Of a stretch of 64,000 bases of DNA, positions 20,901 through 30,529 are shown piece by piece. The notes under the pieces were generated by a model. That model was not told where the DNA came from. It did no database searches and worked only from the letters and a program-made list of their open reading frames with translations. Source of the DNA: an uncultured delta proteobacterium. GTDB taxonomy: Bacteria > Myxococcota_A > UBA9160 > SZUA-336. The stretch is taken from the NCBI GenBank assembly GCA_963704165.1, contig CAVPHD010000005.1:192001-256000 (forward strand), given 5' to 3'. Each line of letters begins with the position of its first letter. The stretch's first letter is position 1. Position numbers and translations under genes: made by a program.

Positions 20901-23069
20901 ATGCCTTCTACGGCGTCTCGCGCGACGACTATCGCGACGAGCGCATCATCTGTTTCGCCGAGGTCGATGACGTCGGCCCCGCAGCGCCGCACGCACCGGA
21001 CCTCGCGCTCTTCGAGGAGCGCTTCCACGAGGCGATCGAGGCGATGCGGTCGATCCAGGGACAACGCGATCCGGAGCATCGGCTCCAGTGGAACCGGCTC
21101 TATCTGTTCGTGCGTCAACCGATCGCACTCACGAATCAGCTCCTCACCGAAGCGCTGCGCAGACTCGCTCCCGAGACCGGTCACCTCGGGCTCGAGAAGG
21201 TCATCGTCCGAATCGCGAATCACATCGGAGATGCGCCGAGCTCGGCACCCCGCCTGATCGAGCTACTCGCTGGGAATCCGACCGGGAGTCGCATCGAGTG
21301 GACCATCCGCGATTCCACACGATCGTCCGCTCGAACCCGCGACGCCGTACGCGCAGCGAGTCGCATCGGCGCGCGCTCGCGGGCTGACCTATCCGTACGA
21401 GGTCGTGCGTTTGTTCACCGCTCCACCGGAAGGCGCCAGGCGAGGGGGTGGGTTCGCCGACGGGTGCGGGAAGCTTCCAGGAGCACGACCTCGTCGGTGG
21501 CCGTGCAGAGTCCGTGACGCGACCGCCCGGTTTGAACCGCGCGGGTGTCGTGTTCGGCGTCGTGTCCACACCCACGCGCAAGCACCCGGAGGGCATGCGT
21601 CGTGTGCTCATCGCGGGTGACGCGACGCGCGACATGGGTGCACTGACGGCGGACGAGTGCGATCGGATCGTCGCGGCGCTGGATCTGGCGGAGCGGGAAC
21701 GCCTGCCGGTGGAGTGGGTGGCGGTCTCGGCCGGCGCGCGAATCGCGATGGACAGCGGCACGGAGAACCTCGATGCCACGGCGCGAGTCGTGCGGCGCCT
21801 GGTCACGTTCACCGACGCGGGCGGCGAGGTGAATCTGGTGCTGCCGGGAATCAACGTCGGTGCGCAGAGCTACTTCGACGCGCTCGCGACCATGGAGATG
21901 CGCTCGCGCGGAATCCTGATCATGCTCGCGAACGCATCGATGGTGCTCACCGGCCGTGCGGCGCTCGAGTTCTCGGGCGGCGTCGCGGCGGAGGACGAGA
22001 TCGGCGATCGGCGGGTACGAGCGAATCATGGGGCCGAACGGCGAGGCGTCACACCAGGCGCGCGACCTCGCCGACGCCTATTCGATCCTGCTCGAGCACT
22101 ACGCGTGCAGCTACGTCGTACCGGGCGAGACGGCCCCGCGGCGGCTCGACACCGTCCGATCCGATCGATCGCGACATCTCGCTCTCGCCCTACGAGGGCG
22201 ACGAGGGCTTCACGACCATCGGGGAGGTCTTCTCGGCCGAGGCGAATCCCGGGCGCAAGCGCCCGTTCGCGATGCGACCGCTGATGCGCGCGGTGATCGA
22301 CGACGACGCCGGCTGGCTGGAGCGCGGCCGTGACTGGTCCGCTGCCGAGACGGCGATCATCTGGGACGCACACCTCGGCGGCTGGCCGGTGACCCTGATC
22401 GGGATCGAGAGCCGCCAGATACCGCGCATCGGCTACGTGCCGAACGATGGACCGGATGTCTGGACGGCGGCGACGCTCTTTCCGCAGTCCTCGAAGAAGG
22501 TCGCGCGCGCGATCAACTCGGCCAGCGGAAATCGCCCGGTCGTGATCCTCGCGAACCTCTCCGGATTCGACGGATCGCCGGAATCGATGCGCCGCGGCGT
22601 ACTCGAGTACGGCGCCGAGATCGCGCGCGCCATCGTGCGGTTCCGCGGCCGGATCATCTTTACCGTCGTGACCCGCTATCACGGCGGCGCGTACGTCGTG
22701 TTCTCCCGCGAGCTCAACGACTCGATTCGTGCGATTGCGCTCGAGGGTAGCTACGCATCGGTGATCGGCGGGCCCGCCGCCGCGGCGGTCGTCTTCGCGC
22801 GCGACGTGCGCAGGCGAACTCAAGTAGATCCGCGCGTCTCGAGCGCGCGGAGCGCCGTCGACTCGGCGACGGATCCGGCGATTCGTCTCGCGCGCCGCGC
22901 GCGACACGACCAGATCGTCGAGGACGTGATTCTCGAAAAGCAGGCCGAGGTGGCGGCCGAGTTCGACGCGATCCACACGGTCGAGCGCGCGAAGAACGTC
23001 GGCTCGATCGAGGAGATCCTCGGACCGCGCCAGCTGCGACGATCGCTGATCCGCTACCTGTCCGACTAG
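17967..23069 (+). pseudogene. Single-chain biotin-dependent acyl-CoA carboxylase (BC-BCCP-central region-CT), about 12 frameshifts, possibly sequencing indels
   Basis: Ordered motifs across frames: NRGEAA, WPGWGFLAE, LKATAGGGGRGIR, RDCSVQRKHQK, FLEVNPRLQVEH, EAMKT (biotinyl Lys), SAGARIAMDSG, LANLSGFDGSPESM, RYHGGAYVV. Confidence 0.85.
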
Positions 23070-23476
23070 CTCCGACCGAGGTGCTCGAGCTCGGTGCCGT
23101 CACGCAGAACGCGGTAGTAGCACTGGCGCCGGGCGCTTCCCGTCGCGTCCTTCGTATGGCAGACCCCCGCGCGTGGACGGACGCGGTAGAGCAGCGAGTT
23201 CTGCTCGCAGTTGACGCGAACGTCCACCAGATCGAGCCAGTCTCCCGACGTCGCGCCCTTGTGCCAGAGCTCGTTGCGCGAGGTGGACCAGAGCACGGCC
23301 TGACGCAGTCGGAGCGTCTCTCGGAGCGCGAGCTCGTTCGCGTAGCCGATGAAGAGCACTTCATCGGAGTCGGCGTGCTGCAAGACGACCGGCAACACGT
23401 CCTGTCCGGTCTCGGCGACCTTCCGCAGCTTCGCGAAGTCGAGCTTCGCACGCGTTCCCTCTTCGAGCTCATTCAT
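23066..23476 (-). CDS. hisI: Phosphoribosyl-AMP cyclohydrolase
   Basis: WSTSRNELWHKGATSG, NCEQNSLL, VCHT...CYYR. Confidence 0.9.
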   Translation of the reverse strand: MNELEEGTRAKLDFAKLRKVAETGQDVLPVVLQHADSDEVLFIGYANELALRETLRLRQAVLWSTSRNELWHKGATSGDWLDLVDVRVNCEQNSLLYRVRPRAGVCHTKDATGSARRQCYYRVLRDGTELEHLGRS

Positions 23477-23508
23477 GGGATCGGGAGAGTACGCTACGCT
23501 CGCCTCCC

Positions 23509-23838
23509 GTGCGAACAGCAGAAGCAGTCATCGCAGTCCTCGGAATCCTCGGTCTGGCCTGTCAGCCGTCAGGGGAGAAGAGCCCGATCGAGGTCGGCCG
23601 GCGCGCCTACGTCGCGAACTGCACCGCCTGTCACGCGCCCGACCCGTCCAGGGAGGGAACGCTCGGGCCCGCGATCGCGGGGAGCTCGCTCGCGCTCGTC
23701 GAGGCCCGCGTGCTGCGCGCCGAGTATCCGCCGGGCTACACGCCCAAACGAGACTCGAACCTGATGCCGGCTCAGCCGTTCCTGAAGCGCGAGATCCCGA
23801 ACCTCGTCGCCTATCTCGAGTCGATCGCGCCGAAGTGA
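23509..23838 (+). CDS. Monoheme cytochrome c lipoprotein
   Basis: Lipobox LGLAC, CTACH, GPAIAG, LMP. Confidence 0.85.
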   Translation: MRTAEAVIAVLGILGLACQPSGEKSPIEVGRRAYVANCTACHAPDPSREGTLGPAIAGSSLALVEARVLRAEYPPGYTPKRDSNLMPAQPFLKREIPNLVAYLESIAPK

Positions 23839-23845
23839 GCGAGCT

Positions 23846-24544
23846 CTAGAGCAGAAGCTCCGCTGCGGCGTAGAGAGCGACGGTGAGGCCGAGTCCAGCG
23901 TGGATCGTGCCGGAGACGCTCCCGAGCGGCTTCTGCGTCGCGGCCGTGCCCTTGAAGATGTTCGCTTGGAAGAGGATCACGAGGATCGTCATGACGGCGA
24001 AGTAGAGGCCGTACTTGGGCGTTTCGGCGTTGACGACCGTGAGGTGCCGGGCCGCGCCCATGAAGAAGAGCATCGGGATCGAGAAGAGCGTGTTCGTGCG
24101 CGAGGCTCGGCCGGCGATCGGCGCCTGCTTGGCGGCCTCCGGGTTCGCTTGACCGCCCGCCGCGACGGCTTCTGCGGAGGCGATCGCGAGCCGTTGCCGC
24201 GGCATGATCACGAACCAGACGTTGAACCACATGAACGTGCCCATCGTGCCGCCGGTCAGGATCATCGTGTAGTAGGGCATCGATCCGGTGCCGGTCATCA
24301 TGTGCATGATCACGATCGTCCAGCCCGTCAGGAACGTGAACATCGCGCCCCAGCGGAACCACCACAGCGCGTTCGGAACCAGACCGCGCATCATCGCGCT
24401 GCGTGCCTGTCCGCCGAGATCGGTCCCGAAGTACGGGGTCTGGATGAAGTTGAAGTAGTAGAGAACACCGATCCAGGTGATGCCCGCCAGGAAGTGCAGC
24501 CAGCGCAGCAGGAAGAAACAGCCCTCGAGCGTGAATAGCGACAT
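23846..24544 (-). CDS. PuuD-like (urate hydroxylase membrane domain) integral membrane protein, no fused cytochrome
   Basis: LRWLHFLAGITWIG.LYYFNF, ALWWFRWGA, MWFNVWFVIMPRQ, ASRTNTLFSIPM. Confidence 0.7.
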   Translation of the reverse strand: MSLFTLEGCFFLLRWLHFLAGITWIGVLYYFNFIQTPYFGTDLGGQARSAMMRGLVPNALWWFRWGAMFTFLTGWTIVIMHMMTGTGSMPYYTMILTGGTMGTFMWFNVWFVIMPRQRLAIASAEAVAAGGQANPEAAKQAPIAGRASRTNTLFSIPMLFFMGAARHLTVVNAETPKYGLYFAVMTILVILFQANIFKGTAATQKPLGSVSGTIHAGLGLTVALYAAAELLL

Positions 24545-24684
24545 GGCTCTCGCTCCCTCTTGGTTGGTCTCGACCCGCGCGTATTCGAACGAAGCGCCGG
24601 GGCCTTGTCAACCAATTTTGCCGATGGTGAGTCGGCTCGCCTTCGGCCGGATCATCATCGACGCCCGGATTCCTCGCTGACTCG

Positions 24685-24978
24685 TCAGCGTCCGCGGTGC
24701 TTGTCGGAGAAGGGAAACGCTCGCTGCCGATCGGCCTCGTCACCTGCATTCAGCCAATCGGGTGTTCGCGCCGCGAACATCCTTCGTGTCGGCACGTAGA
24801 CGTCGCCGACCGGCTCCGCCGCGTACTCGGGCTTGCACCCGCACGAGCAGCGGTCGCTCCCGGCGCAGGCCCCACAGCAGAACCAGGCCTCGTCCTTCCG
24901 GGTCGAGGCGTAGCCGAGGGCGCAGCCGCAGTGCGTACACGTTCCGCTCACGGGTGCTTGATGTCCGATGTCGCTCAT
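24685..24978 (-). CDS. Bacterial metallothionein-like protein with C-terminal tail
   Basis: SD aggag; 9 Cys in CTHCGC...FCCGACA...CSCGC; tail ends AFPFSD. Confidence 0.7.
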   Translation of the reverse strand: MSDIGHQAPVSGTCTHCGCALGYASTRKDEAWFCCGACAGSDRCSCGCKPEYAAEPVGDVYVPTRRMFAARTPDWLNAGDEADRQRAFPFSDKHRGR

Positions 24979-25118
24979 CGCGCTCCTACTCTCTCCTATC
25001 GATCGGGAAAATTCCCGATCTCCACAAGTGGGGCGGGGCCGGGCCGACGTGTTCCCGGGTCCCCGCCGGAGGACCTTCGACCCGCCCGTCGAGGACGAGT
25101 GAAGTAGAATCGAGCCCG

Positions 25119-25682
25119 ATGAAGATCTACACGAAGGGCGGGGATACCGGGCAGACCTCCCTGTTTGGCGGGGAACGGGTCAGCAAGAGCGCTCCACGCG
25201 TTCGTGCGTACGGCGAGGTCGACGAGCTGAACTCGGTGCTCGGCGTCGCCGCGACCGAGATCGCACACGACGACCTGATGGCGATGCTGCGCGTGATCCA
25301 GTCGTCGCTTTTCGATCTCGGCGGCGAGCTGGCCACGCGCGCCGGCGATGCGAAGGGGGAGCGAGGCCGCGGGGCGGCACGCGTCAGCGATCGCGACGTA
25401 GCCGAACTCGAGGGCTGGATCGACGCGCTCGAAGCCGAGCTCGAGCCGCTGCGGAACTTCATCCTGCCCGGAGGCATCAAGGGCGCGGCACTGCTTCATC
25501 TGGCGCGGACGGTCTGTCGTAGGGCGGAGCGCGAGCTGATCGCGCTTCGCGAAGTCGAAGACATCGATGCGGTACTCGTTCGATACCTGAATCGCCTCTC
25601 GGATCTGATCTTCGTGATGGCGCGCGCGATGAACCGGCGAGCCGACGTCGCGGAGCCGCAGTGGATCGGACGCGAGCGTTGA
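25119..25682 (+). CDS. pduO: ATP:cob(I)alamin adenosyltransferase (PduO type)
   Basis: MKIYTKGGDTGQTSL, AYGEVDELNS, FILPGG, ARTVCRRAER, YLNRLSD. Confidence 0.93.
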   Translation: MKIYTKGGDTGQTSLFGGERVSKSAPRVRAYGEVDELNSVLGVAATEIAHDDLMAMLRVIQSSLFDLGGELATRAGDAKGERGRGAARVSDRDVAELEGWIDALEAELEPLRNFILPGGIKGAALLHLARTVCRRAERELIALREVEDIDAVLVRYLNRLSDLIFVMARAMNRRADVAEPQWIGRER

Positions 25683-26281
25683 CCGAGGTGGAGTACGCGA
25701 AGCTGCTCGTCTCGATCGGTGCGGTCGAGCTCCGGACCGATCCGGCGACGTGGTTCACCTGGGCTTCCGGTGAGCGGGCACCCATCTACTGCGACAATCG
25801 GATCGTGATGTCCCATCCGTCGGTGCGCAAGCAGATCGCCGATGGTCTCAGCTCCGCGATCCGCCGCACCCATCCCGATGCCGAGGTGATCGCGGGTACG
25901 GCCACGGCCGGCATTCCGCACGCGGCCTGGGTCGCCGAGCGACTCGACCTGCCGATGGTCTACGTCCGCGGTAGCGCGAAGGAGCACGGCAAGGGGAAGC
26001 GCGTCGAAGGGAAGGCGCTTCGCGGCGAGCGCGTGGTGCTGATCGAGGATCTGGTTTCGTTCGGCGGCAGCGCGCTGGCGGCGGTCGAGGCGCTGGAGGA
26101 CGAAGGCGGGAAAGTGGTCGGGGTGCAGGCGATCTTCAGCTACGGATTTCCGAAGGCGGCGGAGCGCTTCGCGTCGGCCGGAAAGCCCGTGCATTCGCTG
26201 ACCGGATACGACGCGCTGCTCCAGACGATGACACTCGACGAGGTCACGAAGCGAGCGCTGCTCGCTTGGCGAGCGCGCTGA
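25679..26281 (+). CDS. pyrE: Orotate phosphoribosyltransferase
   Basis: FTWASG..APIYCDNR, GTATAGIPH, KEHG, VVLIEDLVSFGGS; TTG overlapping pduO stop. Confidence 0.93.
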   Translation: MTEVEYAKLLVSIGAVELRTDPATWFTWASGERAPIYCDNRIVMSHPSVRKQIADGLSSAIRRTHPDAEVIAGTATAGIPHAAWVAERLDLPMVYVRGSAKEHGKGKRVEGKALRGERVVLIEDLVSFGGSALAAVEALEDEGGKVVGVQAIFSYGFPKAAERFASAGKPVHSLTGYDALLQTMTLDEVTKRALLAWRAR

Positions 26282-27215
26282 AGCCGTCGAGCGCCGAGCC
26301 CGGACTCGCGACGACGAGCGCCTCGGCGGCCGCTCTTCCGCCGACGCGCTCGAGCCCGAAGCTCCCGTAGCGGCGCACGAAGAGCTCGAGCGCCCAGGCG
26401 AGACGCGCGCGGGCGCGGCGTGTCTCGAGCTCGCCGTGCAGGAGATGCGCGCGGTGGCTCGCAATCGCGGCGGCGACCTCGCCGATTCCGACTCCCGTCT
26501 GACTGCTCGCGCCGATCACGGGCGGCCGCCAGGCGCCAGGCGCGAGCGTCGAGAGACCGAGCCAGCTCTCGAGGTCCGCGCGCGTTCGCGTGGCCTGCGT
26601 GCCGAGATCCCACTTGTGGACCACGAACACGTCGGGAATCTCGAGGATGCCCGCCTTCATGAACTGAAGGGTGTCGCCAGAGCCGGGCTGCAAGACGAGG
26701 ACGACCGTCTCCGCGACGGTCTCGACGTCGATCTCGCTCTGCCCGACGCCGACCGTTTCGACGAGCACCGTCCCGAAGGCCGCGCGAAGCACGACGACGG
26801 CGGCGCGTGTCGCCGGCGCGAGACCGCCGAGCTGGTCACGCGCGGCCATCGAACGGACGAAGACGCGCTCGTCCGGACGAAATCGCAGACGTGCGCGATC
26901 GCCGAGCAGGGCTCCGCCGGATCGACGGCTCGTCGGGTCGACCGCGACCATGCCCACGCCCTCTCCGCGGGCCAACCACTCGCCGATCAGCGCGCCGGCG
27001 AGCGTCGACTTGCCCGCGCCCGGCGGGCCGGTCAGCCCGACGACGGCGTGCGCGCGTGGTGTCTCGAGATCGAGTCGGCCGATGAGCGTGCGAATGGTTT
27101 CGAGTGACTCGGGGCGCGTATCCTCGACGCGCTCGAGCGCGGAGGCAATCGCTGCAGCGTCCCCCGAGCGCACGTCGCGCACGAGCGCGTCGAGGTTCGC
27201 GTCAGCCGACGCCAT
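26244..27215 (-). CDS. meaB: Acyl-CoA mutase-associated GTPase MeaB/ArgK
   Basis: GLTGPPGAGKST, AVDPTS..SGGALLGDR, VETVGVGQSE, GDTLQFMKAG. Confidence 0.92.
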   Translation of the reverse strand: MASADANLDALVRDVRSGDAAAIASALERVEDTRPESLETIRTLIGRLDLETPRAHAVVGLTGPPGAGKSTLAGALIGEWLARGEGVGMVAVDPTSRRSGGALLGDRARLRFRPDERVFVRSMAARDQLGGLAPATRAAVVVLRAAFGTVLVETVGVGQSEIDVETVAETVVLVLQPGSGDTLQFMKAGILEIPDVFVVHKWDLGTQATRTRADLESWLGLSTLAPGAWRPPVIGASSQTGVGIGEVAAAIASHRAHLLHGELETRRARARLAWALELFVRRYGSFGLERVGGRAAAEALVVASPGSALDGFSALAKRAALAS

Positions 27216-29142
27216 GTGCCGAGGCGGCGATTTCGACCATCTCGCTCAGGATGCGCAGCACGTCGTAGTCGCGAGGCGTGTAGACGGCGGCGACTCCTTC
27301 GGAGCACAGCTTCGCGGCGTCCGCCTCGGGGATGATTCCACCGACGATCACCGGCACCGATGCGCGGCGCGCGATCTCGGGCGCGAGCGCGAGGTGCGAG
27401 CCCGAGAGGATCGAGAGCCCGATCAGGTGCACCCCTTCCTGCAGCGCGGCCGTCACGATCTCGTCGGTGGTCATGCGGATTCCCTGGTACACCACCTCGA
27501 GTCCGGCGTCGCGCGCGAAGATCGCGATCTGCTCTGCGCCGCTCGAGTGGCCGTCGAGCCCGGGCTTTCCGACGAGCAGCTTGAGCCGCCGGCCGAGCTT
27601 CGCGCTGACCTCGTCCACACGCTTGCGCAGCGTGCCGAGCCGCGCGGCGTCGGAGCGCGGCGCGACGGCTGCATCGACTCCCGTGGGCGCGCGAAACTCT
27701 CCGAACACGGTGCGGAGCGCATCGGCCCACTCGCCCGTCGTCACGCCGGCGTGCGCGCAGCGCACCGAAGGCTCCATCACATTCGAGCCCGAAGCGAGCG
27801 CGTCGCGCAATCCGCGCAGCGCCGATTCGACCTCGGACGAGCTCCGATTCGCGCGGTGTGCGCGCAGGCGCTCGACCTGTTCGCGGCCCTGCGATTCGTC
27901 GACCGACAGGATGGAGTTGGCGCCCTGAAGCAGCGGCGAGGGCTCGGCCTCGCTGAATCGATTCACGCCGACCACGATGCGCTCCCCTGCCTCGATCGAA
28001 GCGACGCGCCTCGCGTTCGCCTCGACGAGCGCTCGCTTCATGTAGCCCGATTCGACCGCGGCGATCGCGCCGCCCTGCTCGTCGATTCGCGCGATCTCGG
28101 CCCACGCGGCCTTTTCGATCTCGGCGGTCTTCTTCTCGATCACGACCGAGCCCTCGAAGATGTCGGGGTACTCGAGGATGTCCGTCTCGTAGGCGAGGAT
28201 CTGCTGGATTCGCAGCGACCACTGCTGATCCCACGGCCTCGGTAGCCCGAGGGCTTCGTTCCAGGCGGGAAGCTGGAGCGCGCGGCAGCGTGCGTCGCGC
28301 GAGAGCGTCACGCCGAGTGCCTCGAGTGCGATTCGCGGCACGTTGTTCTCGGGTTGCGCCTCGGTGAGGCCGAGCGAGTTCACCTGCACGCCGTAGCGGA
28401 AGCGGCGCTGGGTCTCGTCCGTCACGCCGTAGCGCTCGAGCCCGATCCGCTCCCACATGCGGGTGAACGCGCGCAGCTTGCAGATCTCCTCGATGAAACG
28501 GATTCCGGCGTTGCAGAAGAACGAGATCCGTCCGAAGACCGGTCCGAGCTTCTCGCGCGGAACGCGCACCGAGTCGAGCACGGCCATCGCGTTGGCGAGC
28601 GAGAACGCGATCTCCTGCACCGGCGTCGCGCCGACCTCCTGCAAGTGATACGAGCAGATGTTGATCGGGTTCCACTTCGGCACCCGCTCGACGGTCCACT
28701 CGATCATCTGGCGCGTCAGGTCGAGGGACGGCCGGGGCGGGAACACGTAGGTCCCGCGCGACAGGTACTCCTTCACGATGTCGTTCTGCGTCGTGCCCTG
28801 GAGCACTTCGCGCGCGACGCCGCGCCGCTCCGCCACCGCGACGTACAGCGCGAGCAACCACGCGGCCGTCGCGTTGATCGTCATCGACGTGTTCATGCGG
28901 TCGAGCGGGATGCCTTCGAAGAGCTGCTCCATGTCGGCGATCGAGCCGACCGGAACTCCGACCTTGCCGACTTCGCCGGCCGCGAGCGGATGGTCCGCGT
29001 CGTAGCCGGTCTGCGTCGGCAGGTCGAACGCGATGGAGAGGCCCGTCTGCCCCTTGGCGAGGTTCTGCCGGTAGAGTTCGTTCGACGCGCGGGCGTTCGA
29101 GTGACCCGAGTAGGTGCGGAAGATCCAGGGTCGATCAGTCAC
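27202..29142 (-). CDS. meaA: Ethylmalonyl-CoA mutase (MeaA/Ecm), B12-dependent
   Basis: PWIFRTYSGHS, GQTGLSIAFDLPTQTGYD, YGVQVNSLGLTE, B12 motif KPGLDGHSSGAEQIA. Confidence 0.9.
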   Translation of the reverse strand: MTDRPWIFRTYSGHSNARASNELYRQNLAKGQTGLSIAFDLPTQTGYDADHPLAAGEVGKVGVPVGSIADMEQLFEGIPLDRMNTSMTINATAAWLLALYVAVAERRGVAREVLQGTTQNDIVKEYLSRGTYVFPPRPSLDLTRQMIEWTVERVPKWNPINICSYHLQEVGATPVQEIAFSLANAMAVLDSVRVPREKLGPVFGRISFFCNAGIRFIEEICKLRAFTRMWERIGLERYGVTDETQRRFRYGVQVNSLGLTEAQPENNVPRIALEALGVTLSRDARCRALQLPAWNEALGLPRPWDQQWSLRIQQILAYETDILEYPDIFEGSVVIEKKTAEIEKAAWAEIARIDEQGGAIAAVESGYMKRALVEANARRVASIEAGERIVVGVNRFSEAEPSPLLQGANSILSVDESQGREQVERLRAHRANRSSSEVESALRGLRDALASGSNVMEPSVRCAHAGVTTGEWADALRTVFGEFRAPTGVDAAVAPRSDAARLGTLRKRVDEVSAKLGRRLKLLVGKPGLDGHSSGAEQIAIFARDAGLEVVYQGIRMTTDEIVTAALQEGVHLIGLSILSGSHLALAPEIARRASVPVIVGGIIPEADAAKLCSEGVAAVYTPRDYDVLRILSEMVEIAASAHGVG

Positions 29143-29154
29143 GGGAGCGGACTC

Positions 29155-30099
29155 CTAGCTCCCGAACACGGATCGCGCGAAGCGGCAGATCGAGGCGATC
29201 GCGCGCTCGCCCGCATCGATTCCCGGGAAGAGCATGAAATCGTGCGGCATGCCGGGGTGCGACTGGAGCTCCACCTTTCGTCCCGCCTGCTCGAGCTTGC
29301 GTGCGAACTTGACGCCGTCGTCGAGCAGCGGATCGATCTCACCCACGACGACGAGCGTCGGGGGAAATCCCGACACGTCGCCTCGCAACGGACTTGCGAA
29401 TGGGTCGCTCCAGTTCTCGGGGCGCACGTAGCAGTCGCGAAACCACGTCATGATCTCCGTGTCGAGCACGCCGTCCTCGGGTCCGAACGTGCGCATCGAA
29501 TCGGAGTCGAGCGCCATGTCGGTCCAGGGACAGAGCAGAAGGATCGCAGCGGGTGGTGCTTCGCGCGCCGCGATCAGCCGCAAGCACACCGAGGCCGATG
29601 CGTTCCCACCGGCCGAGTCGCCCGCGACCGCGATGCGCGCGGGATCGCCGCCGAGCTCGCGTGCGTTCGCGCGAACCCAGCGAAACGCGGCCAGGCAGTC
29701 TTCGAGCGGTGCGGGGTAGCGGTTTTCGGGCGCCAGCCGGTACTCGACGCTGACGACGATCGCGTCCGCCCCGACGCAGAGCTGCTTGGTCAGCTTCTCG
29801 TGGGTTTCGGGGCTCATCACGACGTAGCCGCCGCCGTGGAAGTAGACGATCACGGGAGGCGCGGCGCCTGCTCGATCGCGCGGCGCGAATACGCGCGCGC
29901 GCAGCGGCCCCGCGGGACCGGGAATCCGGATCTCGCTCTCCGCCGCGACCGCGGGTGCGCCAGCGACGAGCAGCGGCGCGAGTGCCCCGAGACCTTCGCG
30001 CATCGGGCCGGGCTCGAGCACGCGCTCGGCGCGGTTCGCTCCCATGAGGTCGAACAAGACCTTCACCTGCGGGTCGAGCGGGGCGCGGGGGTCGGGCAA
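29155..30099 (-). CDS. HSL-family esterase/lipase
   Basis: HGGGY, YRLAPE, GDSAGG, DPL.DDG, HDF. Confidence 0.92.
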   Translation of the reverse strand: MPDPRAPLDPQVKVLFDLMGANRAERVLEPGPMREGLGALAPLLVAGAPAVAAESEIRIPGPAGPLRARVFAPRDRAGAAPPVIVYFHGGGYVVMSPETHEKLTKQLCVGADAIVVSVEYRLAPENRYPAPLEDCLAAFRWVRANARELGGDPARIAVAGDSAGGNASASVCLRLIAAREAPPAAILLLCPWTDMALDSDSMRTFGPEDGVLDTEIMTWFRDCYVRPENWSDPFASPLRGDVSGFPPTLVVVGEIDPLLDDGVKFARKLEQAGRKVELQSHPGMPHDFMLFPGIDAGERAIASICRFARSVFGS

Positions 30100-30136
30100 C
30101 TCGGGTCTCCGGGTCGGTTGGAGCCCTACACTACCA

Positions 30137-30529
30137 TCAGTCCGGGCGGATGCGATCCGCCAGCAGCGCGCCGATCTTCACCTGCAGCTGCTCGGGCGTG
30201 AAGGGCTTGCGCAGATAGTCGGTCGCGCCCACCGAGATCGCCTCCTCCACCTTCTCGAGGCCGCCCTCGGTCGTGATGATCAGGATCGGCACCTCGGCCG
30301 AGACGGTCGGGTCCAGGCGAGCGCAGCGGACCAACGACAGCCCGTCCATTCCCGGCATGTTGATGTCCGAGAGCACGAGATCGAACTCGCCTCCGCGCAA
30401 GGCTCCGAGCGCGCTCTCGCCGTCACCCGCCTCGATCACGTCCCAGTCGCCAAAACCCGCGTCTGCGAGGGCCTTGCCCATGATCTTGCGCATCGTCGCG
30501 GAGTCGTCCACGACCAGAACTCTCGGCAT
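30137..30529 (-). CDS. Single-domain response regulator (CheY-like)
   Basis: VLVVDDS, SDINMPGMDG, ITTEG, YLRKPF; divergent from cheX. Confidence 0.9.
   Translation of the reverse strand: MPRVLVVDDSATMRKIMGKALADAGFGDWDVIEAGDGESALGALRGGEFDLVLSDINMPGMDGLSLVRCARLDPTVSAEVPILIITTEGGLEKVEEAISVGATDYLRKPFTPEQLQVKIGALLADRIRPD

Noticed and set aside
17967..23069. Programmed ribosomal frameshifting in the carboxylase
   Set aside because: Too many shifts and no consistent slippery sequences; indel error or decay is simpler
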